64,000 nt of DNA from Ascoidea asiatica JCM 7603. Lineage: Eukaryota; Fungi; Ascomycota. The notes beneath the pieces were generated by a model. The model was not told the origin of the DNA and did not search any database. It saw only the letters and a program-made list of their open reading frames with translations. Position 1 is the stretch's first letter; the number at the start of each line of letters is the position of its first letter. This document shows positions 35,896 through 47,000 of this stretch, piece by piece. The translations under genes were made by a program, and so were the position numbers. The DNA is taken from NCBI GenBank assembly GCA_001600695.1, contig BCKQ01000008.1:405031-469030 (forward strand). The letters are read 5' to 3'.

Positions 35896-36601
35896 GTTTA
35901 ATGATTATTCATATGAATTGAACCTAAATGAATGTTATTGAATGAATTATTTCTCGCATTTTCCTGTATTAATTTCATCTCACCTTCTTTTAAATCATTT
36001 CTTTGACCTTTTTTTTTTTATTTTTTTGTTATTTTTTTTTATTTTCTTAAAATTTACCCTCACCGCCACACCACACGCCACAACAAGTGACTGCGCCTGT
36101 TTCACCAACCTCACGTCCCGGTTAGTCCATGGCTGTGCAATGTGGCTGTGCTTCTCCTATTTGAAGAAAACAAAAAAGAGAAAAGCAAAAGAAAGAGACA
36201 AAGAAGATAAAAAGAAGATAAAAAGAAGATATGAGATATAAAGATGTAAGATATAAAGAAGATAGATGAATTAAATGAATTAGATCATATAAGATAGACA
36301 GATAGACAGATAGACAGATAGACAGATAGACAGATAGATAGTTCATCTTTAGCAGCTACTGATTATAATATATCAGACAAGTGGCTTCTTTTTCCATTTA
36401 TCTGACAGCAGAGTATTATAATAGATAATAGATAACAGATAATAGATAATATAAAATATTAAAGGTTATAAACTATTGGTTTATAAAGATTACTGTGTCA
36501 AGACTCTTGATTTAATCTTGGTAAAAGTTGTATAAAATTAATTGATATTTTCTGGATTTAGCAAAAGAACCAAAATTTAGGTCTAAGATTTAATCATCAT
36601 C

Positions 36602-36653
36602 ATGAATATTTCTCAAGATAATAGTAGTAATGGTAATACTATTACTATTCCAA

Positions 36654-36688
<35 letters not shown>

Positions 36689-39556
36689 TTAAAAAATTCA
36701 ATAAGCTCAAATTCAAGCTCAAATTCAAGTTCAAATTCAAGTTCAAGTTCAAGTTCAAATTCAAATTCAATTAAAAAACAATCAGTTTCAATTTCAATAC
36801 CAAATTCCAATTCCAATTCAAAATCAAAATCAAAATCAAAATCAAAATTAAAATCAAAATTAAATACTCAATCAAAATCAAAAAATAAAAGAAAACCTTG
36901 TGATGCATGTTCTGTAAGAAGAATAAAATGTATTATAGAAATTAATAATAATAATATTTGTAATCAATGTTTAAAACATAATATACCTTGTACAAATAAA
37001 AGACAAAGAAAACAAACTAATAGAAGATTAAATGATAAAACTAGACAAAAAATTGTAAATAAACAATTTAATAATAAACCTTTAATTCAATCAAATTTTA
37101 ATATTAATAATAATAATAATAATAATTCTAATAATTCTAATAGTATTAATAATAGTGATAATGATTTAAATAATAGTGATAATAATAATAATAATAATAA
37201 TTTACCAATTTCAACTGTTAAAAAAAATTTAATTCCATTAGAAAAATTCTTACCACATTTAATAACTTATAAAAATGATTTATATACTTCATGGCCAATA
37301 TTATCAATTGATGATGAAATTTTACCAATTTTAAAAAATGATATAATTTTAAATAAACCTTCAAATTTATATATAATGATTTGTTCATTATCTGCAATAA
37401 TTTCAAAAAAATTAGATTCTGAATTTAATAAATATATTTCAAATAATAATAAAAAAAAAATTCCAAATTTAAATCAATCTTTAAATTTTTATCTTAATGA
37501 AGTTTTAATTCATCAATCAAATTTAAATTCTTCAATTGATAATAATTATGATTTATATTCTTTATTAACTTCTTATTTTCTTTATATTTATTATTATTAT
37601 AATGATATTGAAAATACTAAATTTAAAGGTATTTGTTATTTAAGAAAAGCAATCACCATTTCTCAATTTTTAAAATTAGATTCTCCTTCAAATTATATAA
37701 ATATTTCTTTAAAAAAAAAACATCAATTAAGTAAAATTTATTATTTATTATTTATTTCTGAAAGATATAGATCAATTGATGATTCAATTCCACCAGTTTT
37801 AGAAGCTTCAATACCTTTACCACAAATTACTTTAGAAAAATTTCCTTCAAAAGTTTATGGTTTTTTTAAATCAATTGAAATTTTATCAAAACCAGATAAA
37901 ATTTTTTTTGATTCTTGGAAAAATTTATCAAATAATTTACCAATTTCTTTAACTTTAAATAATTCAATTAATATTAAAAATTGGGTTTCAAATTTACAAT
38001 TTCAATTATCAAAAAATTTTTATAATATTTCAACTCCAAATTTTGAAAAATTAGATATAATTATAACTCAAAATTGGTTAAAAGCTTTAATTTGGCAAAT
38101 TTCTTCAAAAGTTCCAAATTTATTATTAAATCCATTTATTTTAAATATAGATTCTAATTTAAATACAAATTCTAATATTAACTCAGATTTTTTAAAATTA
38201 GATTATCCTTTTAAAATTATGAAATCTTTAATTATTGAAATTCAATATATTCAATATGAATGTTTTAGATTATTTGGTAAAAGATTTGTATTATGTTTAA
38301 TGCAAATTATTAATACTTTTGTTGATGCTTATTTTAATTTATCTTCATTTTTAAAAAAAATTATGGATAATAATTATTCAAAATTTATAAAAATTATTAA
38401 TATTTTAATAAATTATTATCAATATTTATTAACTGGTATAAATTTAGTTAGAAAATTAATTGATTATAAAACAATTGGTGCAAATGTTTTAAATACATGG
38501 TTATCAATTCAGAAAAGAGAAAAATTAATGGAAAAAGAATTATCATCTTTTAAATTAAATGAGGATTTAACAAAAATTAATAATAATTACGATATTAATA
38601 ATATTAATAATATTAGTAATATTGATAATGTTGATAATATTGATAATATTGATAATATTGATAATTCTAAAATTTTATGTGATGATTTTAAACTTTTTTC
38701 AAAAGAAAATGAAGATTTTATTGAACAAATTGATCTTAATGTTGATAATGATTTTAGAAATAGAACTGTTGATGATTCATTTACTTCTGATATTAAGAAT
38801 ATTGTTTTAAGTGTTTTTGGAGAAAATTATAGTCCAGGAAAATCATTTTCTAATATATCTACAGATACTACTCCTAATCTGACTGTTAATGATCAATGTA
38901 TCAATAATGATAATTTTAATAATAATAATATTATTAATAATACTTTAGATAGTATCAATAATGATTTGACTAATAATAATATTATTGATTCTTATAATAA
39001 TATTAACATTGAGGAGAATATAAATGGTTTAGATTTAAATTTCATTGGTGCTGATAACATTTTTCCTGACATTACTAATATCACTTCAAATGATAACAAT
39101 ATTAATAACAATAACATTAATTTCAATAATAATATAAATTTTAATAATAATATCAATTTCAATAATAATATTAGTTATAATAATAATATTACTAATTACA
39201 ATAATAATTTAAATACACTTAATTATTCAAATATAAACTTTCAAAATAATGATTCAAATAATAATGTAAATGATACATTTTCTAATAATATTCCTAATGT
39301 GATTATAAGTCGAAATAATTTAAATGATAATTCAACAAGTAATTTATTACCAATAGATAATTTTTCATTATTAAATAATGAAGAATCTTATAATTCAAAT
39401 AATGATAATTCATCACTTCCATTTACTAATGATTTTCTTTCAATAATATCAAGTAATGTTAATTCTAGTAGTGGAGTTTCAGATATGCAGTCTTGGAGTG
39501 GTGGTGAATATAGTGCGACTGATTATGAATCATTTTCAGAACAAGATATCAATTGA
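36602..39556 (+). CDS. Zn(II)2Cys6 transcription factor, MAL-activator/Suc1-like
   Basis: KPCDACSVRRIKC...CNQCLKHNIPCT; WPILS; YLRKAITISQ; IYYLLFISERY; DIIITQNWLKALIWQI. Confidence 0.85.
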
Positions 39557-39974
39557 CATTGACATTGACATTGATATTGATATTGATATTGATTAACCTT
39601 TTCTTTTTACTTATTTTTATTGATTTTTAATGATTATTTCTTATTTTCTTTTATTAAATTCCTTTTTTATAATTATTCTTTCTGTTCATTTAATTCATTT
39701 TTATTTCTTTTGTTTATCTTGTGATTATTTTTTGGTTTTGCGTTTTTAATTTTTTTCAATTTCTTCTTGATTGTTTTATGTTTTTGATAATTTTTATTAT
39801 TAGATAATTTCTTACTATTATTACTATTATTATTACTATTATTATTATTATTATTATTATTATATGCCCTATTTAGATATGAATATTTACCCAGTTACCT
39901 ATAAATATATATATATATATATATAAACTGATTGTTTCTTTCCCCCTTGTAAGCTTTCGAATATCAGTAACTTA

Positions 39975-40763
39975 TTATTTGAAATAATCATTAATTTTAA
40001 CATCATCACCATTAACTAAAGGAATAATTTTCTTCTTGAAATCTTTGATATTATTTTTATTAACGTTATTAATATAACTTACAATAAATTCTGCAACATC
40101 ATCTCTATAAATTGAGATTTTTTGATTTCCAAGTTTTTGATTTTCATTATTTTTAAAACTATTTAAAACATCATTAACTTTATTTGGATTTAAAATTAAT
40201 CCTAAACCCTTTTCACCATCAATTAACATTCCAGGTTGTACAATTAAATAATTTTTTAAATTTGAATTAATTAAAATTAAATCAGAAGTTCTTTTTGCAA
40301 TATAATAATTTCTTAAACTTGTATTCCACCAAAAGTTTCTATTCATTGATTCAATTGCACTAACAAGTATAAAATTATCAACTTTAAGATTTTCAGAAAC
40401 TTCAATTAATTTAATTACAGAATCTAAATCAACAGTGAAAATATTTTCAATACTTTTACCACCAGCACCTGCAGAAAATATTATATTTGTTTCAATAGTC
40501 TCATTATTATTTGAATTATCAATTGAAATGATTTCTTTAATTGTTGATTCATATTTCTCAATTGAATTTTCAATTAAATCAAATTTTTTATAATTTAAAT
40601 TATTATAAATATTAATTGAATTAAAATCTTTTGGAATTTGATTTAAATCTCTAATAAAACCCCAAACTTGATAATTTTTAAAATTTGAAAATTTATTCAT
40701 TAATTTTTTACCAATATTACCATTGGCACCAATTATAATGATTTTTTTTGTTATTTTATTCAT
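39975..40763 (-). CDS. NAD(P)-binding Rossmann-fold protein (YMR090W/UPF0659-like)
   Basis: IIGANGNIG, FSAGAGG, FTVDLD, FILVSA, YYIAKRTSD, QPGML, IYRDDVA. Confidence 0.85.
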   Translation of the reverse strand: MNKITKKIIIIGANGNIGKKLMNKFSNFKNYQVWGFIRDLNQIPKDFNSINIYNNLNYKKFDLIENSIEKYESTIKEIISIDNSNNNETIETNIIFSAGAGGKSIENIFTVDLDSVIKLIEVSENLKVDNFILVSAIESMNRNFWWNTSLRNYYIAKRTSDLILINSNLKNYLIVQPGMLIDGEKGLGLILNPNKVNDVLNSFKNNENQKLGNQKISIYRDDVAEFIVSYINNVNKNNIKDFKKKIIPLVNGDDVKINDYFK

Positions 40764-41972
40764 TTTTATTATATATTTATTTCTTATTTCAACCAGATAT
40801 TAACAAAAGAATCAAAAGAATCAAAAGAATAAAGCAAATGGACAAGAAAAGAGCAGAAAAAGTTGATTGTTAAGCACTCCATTAAATGAAAACAAGGAAA
40901 AAGTGGCTAAACTGTTCAAATGAAGTAATTTAAAAGTGGCGCCATGAGGCTGATCAAAATTAAATTGCGGGTAAAAAAGACCCGTATACGAAAACGGATA
41001 AACACTAGCCGTTTACCGTTTTAATCAGCCACTTATATTTGAGCCACATATTTCCTGATTGGTCTCACCCGCCACATTACTTTTTTTTTTTCTTAAAATT
41101 TGAGCAATTTCAAAAATATTTTTTTTTTTTTTTGACGTCACAAGCAATAAAATAGCCTGAAAAATTAAAATGATGGTAATTAAATAAGTTTATGAAATAG
41201 TTAAAAAATAATTTATTATGAGTTTGAAATATTTAAGATTGAAAAGAGATATAGGTAAATTCAGATATATATAAGTTATTATATGTTTGGAATTGAGATA
41301 TACCCTTTTTTGAAAAGTAAATAAAAAAGGAAACACAAAAGGGAAAACGAAAAATTTAAAGGACAATTATCGAATTCAATAAAGAATCTAAATAAATAAT
41401 TAATTAAATCATTAATGATTTATTAAAAAACTTTAAAGAAATATCGACAAGGATAGTAGGAAAGGAAAATAAAGGTTAATAATAGTTTTTTTTTTTGTTT
41501 TTTTTAAATTTTTTTTTGAAAGATTTTTGGTTTTGATTTCGAAATTGATAATTGATATATGTTTTTTTGTTGATGTTTTTTGAATTTTTTTTTTGGTAAA
41601 CAATAAATAGATAAATAAAGTAAGTAAATAAATAAAAAGTAGTTAAAACGTGTTAAAAAAAAAAAGGAATAAAAACAGAAATTGAAAAAAATATTGAAAA
41701 ATAAAAAGGACAAAAAAGTAAATTGATAAAGTAAAAATAAATAAGTTAAAAGAGTAAACAAGTAATAAATAGTAAACAAAAAAAAAGTAAAAAAGCTAAC
41801 AATAAATTAGTTAAGATATTTAAGATTAAACAAAAAAGGAAAAATAAAAATAAAAATAAAAATAAAAATAAAACAAGCTAATTTTTGGATTTTAATTAAG
41901 AGAGACAAAAAGAGAGAGAGAGAGAGAGAGAGAAAAAAAAAAAAATAACTAGATAGCTTAAAACTAACAATT

Positions 41973-43166
41973 CTATTCATTTGATTGATTTTCAGAGGAA
42001 ATAACAGATTGTTCATTATCTTGATTAGAAATATTACTATTACTAATACTACCTGTATTACTACTTGGATTTGAAGAAGGTTGTTGTTGTTGAATTTGTT
42101 GTTGTTGAATACGTCTTTGTTTTTCTCTTTCAGCTTGTTTAAATAAAAGATTTAAAGCTTTTTGAACATTAAATTTATTACCAGATAATTTAAATAATCT
42201 TTCATTATTTGAATCATCATTTTCCGCAATCGTTATTTGACATTTTGATTTATTTCTAATTTCTTTAATTCTTAAACCTTTTTTACCAATTAAACATCCA
42301 ACAATATCACTTGGAAATGAAACATTTTCAATAATTTGATTTGAATCATCATTATCTTGAGAATTATTATTATTATTATTATTATTGAAATCATCATCGG
42401 AATTATTTGAATAATTATTCTGTTGTCTATTACCATTTATATTACTCTGATTATTGTTGTTGTTATTATTCTGGTTATTATTATGCAGATTATTATTATT
42501 ATTATTATTTCGGTTATTATTATTATTGTTATTATTATTATTATTATTATGATTATTTTGTTGTCTTGATTGAGGTACATAATATAAAGTACCAGTTGCA
42601 TTATGCCAATCTTCTATTAAATATTTTGAAATAACTTTACAAGCTTCAGATATATTTTTTGGAGTACCTTGAATTTCAAGTACTCTTTCAGTTGAATTTG
42701 GTAAAAAATCTTTTGAAGCAACCATTATAACATTATAATCAGATTGTAAAGATTTAATTCTATTACCTTGTTTACCAATTAAAGTACCCATTTGAGAATG
42801 TGGAATCATTAATCTTAAAGTTAAATCAATTGAATTTTCTTTTAACATTGGACATAATGGTTTTATTGGAAAATTATATTGATGTTGTTGTTGATAAATA
42901 TGAAAAGAATTTGGATCTAAATTATAAGATTCTAATAATACAATTGAAAATAAATTTATTGAATCAGAAACTGAATTTACAGGACCTGAAATTGTTAAAA
43001 TTCTATCAGAACAACCTGGTACTAATTTTGATATACCAGCTTTAACATTAGTTTTATTTCTAACATTTTCAACACATTCACCATTTTTACCTATAATAAT
43101 TCCAGCTTCTTTAAAAGTAATTAAAAGTCTAAATGAGATCATTGACATTGAAGAATCGATTTCCAT
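41973..43166 (-). CDS. HEK2: Triple KH-domain RNA-binding protein (Hek2/Khd1)
   Basis: Three GxxG KH loops (IIGKNG, LIGKQG, LIGKKG); KH1 segment GISKLVPGCSDRIL matches Hek2 rather than Pbp2; N/Q-rich linker before KH3. Confidence 0.8.
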   Translation of the reverse strand: MEIDSSMSMISFRLLITFKEAGIIIGKNGECVENVRNKTNVKAGISKLVPGCSDRILTISGPVNSVSDSINLFSIVLLESYNLDPNSFHIYQQQHQYNFPIKPLCPMLKENSIDLTLRLMIPHSQMGTLIGKQGNRIKSLQSDYNVIMVASKDFLPNSTERVLEIQGTPKNISEACKVISKYLIEDWHNATGTLYYVPQSRQQNNHNNNNNNNNNNNNRNNNNNNNLHNNNQNNNNNNNQSNINGNRQQNNYSNNSDDDFNNNNNNNNSQDNDDSNQIIENVSFPSDIVGCLIGKKGLRIKEIRNKSKCQITIAENDDSNNERLFKLSGNKFNVQKALNLLFKQAEREKQRRIQQQQIQQQQPSSNPSSNTGSISNSNISNQDNEQSVISSENQSNE

Positions 43167-44018
43167 TTTTAATTTAAAATTGTGATATGATTGTGATATA
43201 ATGGAATTGAATTGAATTGAATTAATTGAAATGAAATGAAATGAGATATAAACAAGTAAATAAGATAATTTTATAATAATATATATATATATATATATGG
43301 ATATTTAAGTATATACTATAATATAATTAAGAATAAATTGAAAATTAAAAGAAGAAACAATAAGATTTTATATAATTGGAATCTTTTCAATATTTAATAG
43401 AATATAATAATAAATTGAATTGAATTGAATTGAATTATGATTATGATTATGATTATGATTATGATTATTATTATTATTATTAGAATTATTATTTTAATAT
43501 TAATAAATTGAGTAAAATGATAATTTAATATAATACGTATTGAGATGGAGTGGTACGCTAGTAGTATTTTAACAAACAATTCAATTCTTTCTGCCAATGC
43601 TATGAAAAGTGGAATATTTTTTTTATTATTGCACTCCACGCAAGCAGATTTGATTTCAAGGGCAATTGCTGCGAAAATGTTTCAGTGTTCTCAGCGCGGG
43701 AAAAGCAGGCACGGACGCGGACGGAAACAGCCGGATTAGTAAGCGGATAAAATGCACGGAAATTTAAACAAAGAGCCCTAAAAATAACAAAAACAGGGTA
43801 ACAATATCAATGCCACGTGACAAGGGCTTTAACAAAACCCACTACTGTGGTAGTATCGCTGTTCTGGATTTATAAGAACCCTGCGTGTATGTACACAGCC
43901 CTGCATTTGCAAATGATATACAATTTTATAAACTTATTTCAAGATATTCTAAAGTTATACTGTATTTATTATCTGATTGAATTGTAAATTTACCTTACTT
44001 CAAGAAAATCCACCACCA

Positions 44019-47000
44019 CTAGTTTCTTATGGAAAATGAAGAACGACATATTGGACAAGTATTTTTTCCAGATGATTTAAACCATTTATGCAAACAAGCT
44101 GTATGATATTTGTTATTACATGTTTTACAAGCATTATTAGGTTTAGATCCATCTTGATGTAATAATGAAAAACAAATATTACAAGTATCTGAATCTTCAA
44201 AAAAGGCTTTAATATAAAGATAAAATACTTTTATTGAATCAAGAATTGATTCATTTCCATTCATAAAAATCCATTTAGAAGCCTTTAATGCTTTATCCCA
44301 ATCATTCTTTTTAAGACCAATTCTATTTTTACCTTCTACAACAATATGTTCTAAAGGATATAATTTTGGAATTCTAATAATCATTTGCATTCTAAGTTCA
44401 TCAATAGTATAATTAGATTCAATTTCTTTAGAATTCTTATTAACTTTAATACTTAAAATTTTATCAGTAAGAAACTTTTCTGAACTGTTATTTTTTAATA
44501 ATACTTCCTCAACTTTTTCAAATTTATCTTCAATAATTAATGGACTGATATATTTACTAGTAAATTCACTGATATTTTTCTTTTCTTCTGAATTTTTTAA
44601 GTTTGAGTACCAAATTCTTATTTCTGAAGTAAAATTAAATAAACATAAATAATATAAATGAAGTAATAAAACTTTAATTTCAATCACTGAATCTGTACTA
44701 TTCTCATGAGGATTTCCAATAATTTCATATTCTTGAATATCTTTAATATAAACTTCTTTCATTAATGTTGAAATTGCGGACTCAGAAAAATCAACTTCTT
44801 CAATAATAAAATCCATTAATTCTTTTAATAAATTGGTTTGATGTTTTTTTGTTAATTCGGAAAGATAAATATCTTTCATCTGTTGAGTTATACACTTGAA
44901 ATGATCTAAAATCAAAAGCCAACTCCATAAATATTTGAATAGTTGGTTATCTTTTTCAAACTCAAAATTATTGATATTCAAAATCAAAGACTTAGGTAAT
45001 TTAACCAAATCATTTATTTCAGAACATTCTTCAATAGTAGAATTGGATGAATCCTCTTTCTTAGTATTTCCAATTTCAATATCAAAAACTAAATCTTCTT
45101 GAATTTTTGGAATTATTTTATGTAGCATATTAACTGCAATTCGTTGTATTGAAACATAATTAAATTCAAGTAAACTCTCTAGTTCTTTTGATTTACCTTT
45201 AAATAGATTTATTGGAAAACTTTTAAATATTCTAACATATTGTTCATTTTCAATAATAATAGCTTGAATATTTTTATTTTGATTTTTATTTTTTAATAGT
45301 ATTTCAAATACCTGTTGATATAATCCTTCACTTTTTGCTAACCATATGTTATTATAATCTTCTTTTTTACGAATTAATGCAATTAATAACTTTGAAGAAA
45401 AATAGTATAATTCATGTAATACATGATTCTTTTCATCTAATTCTGAAAAAATAATATCAAATGATTTTTTACATAATTCTACCCCTAGAACAAATAAGTT
45501 TTCTTTTTGATTACCACTTTTGGTCAATGCAAGTACCTGTATAACAAATATTGATATCTGTATTACCATTCTAATAAAGTCTGTATCATAACCATTATTT
45601 TCTAAAACAAATTTTTTGAATATGTGAATCAATTGATCCAATGTTCTTCTCATTATTAATCGATATTTATCCCCTTCCAACAGATATTCATCATAAAGCA
45701 TGTTATTTAATAAAATCAAATTCAAAGTATTTTTTTCAATATTATTTTCATCTTTTATATTAGACAAAATTTCATTTGAAAACTTTTCTCTAAAATCATT
45801 AAAAATATTCTTAGCAATATATTTTCGGAATGCAGTAGCAAAGCATGCAAATAAAATAGGATTATCTACACTTACTTGATAAAGTTTGTTTAAAGTAAGT
45901 TCTGAAAATTTCTTTAAAGGTAATTCTTCTGCAATATCTGAAAGCAAAATTTTTAAAATTCTTGCAAAATAATAACTAACTACAGATTTATCAATCACTC
46001 CAGGAATAACATAGAAAATCAAATTACAATTTTCTTCAGGAGTTCTCAATTCCTTAAAATTTACAATGCTATGAAAAATCTCATTGAATGAAGTATCACA
46101 TTTATGTTTGTTTAATAACATTAAACAATCATTTCTGAAATACATAAAAATTTTGACTTCATCTTTTGAGCATTCATTCAAAAACATATAGTCTTGAGAT
46201 AGTTCACTTAATAAACATAAATAAATAATTTGCATGGGTTTGAGTGTATAGAATTGCGAAGAATTGTTGATAAGATACAAATAAAATACAGAGAGTTTTA
46301 TAGTTGAAATTGATCTAGATAGTTCATTCGTTACAAGTTTTTTCTTGTATACTAAGAATATGTTACTCTCTAAACTGTTTCTTATCGATAGACTAGGATC
46401 AATTAGACCACTTGTACATTCCTCTATTAATAACTTCCAATCATTTTCCTTAGGAATTAAAGATGAAAGAAAATTAATACTAATATTCCTAACAATATTG
46501 GAAAGTGTTCCTTTAAAATTTTCATCTAACACTAAAGAGAATACATAAGTTTTTAAGGCTTTTTTATAGATATATGGCGCATCATCGAGCGTGTTTATAA
46601 CACTAAAAAATTTGAAAGATAAATCATACATGGTTTCTTCATTACTATTTAAACTTTTCCACAAGTAAACGTAGTAATTTAAAACATTTGAGTTATTCTT
46701 TACATTTGATAACTCCCTAATTAGTGCATTTCTATTAGAAAGCTTGTCAACCTCAATTGTGAAAGTGTCTAGCGAAAGTTGTTTGAATGCTGTATCTAAA
46801 AGTGATAAATATAAACGAATATCGACAAATTGAAAAGTTAGTGGCTCATAAATATTTTTTGAGCCAAAATAATAGTTTCCCAAGAACTCTGTGATATATT
46901 TAAAAAATGTTCCATTATCAAGCTTTAATTTATCAAAATAGTTAATGTTTTGTAAACCATCTAAAAATGTCCAAAATAGATCCGTTTCACCAAAAGCATT

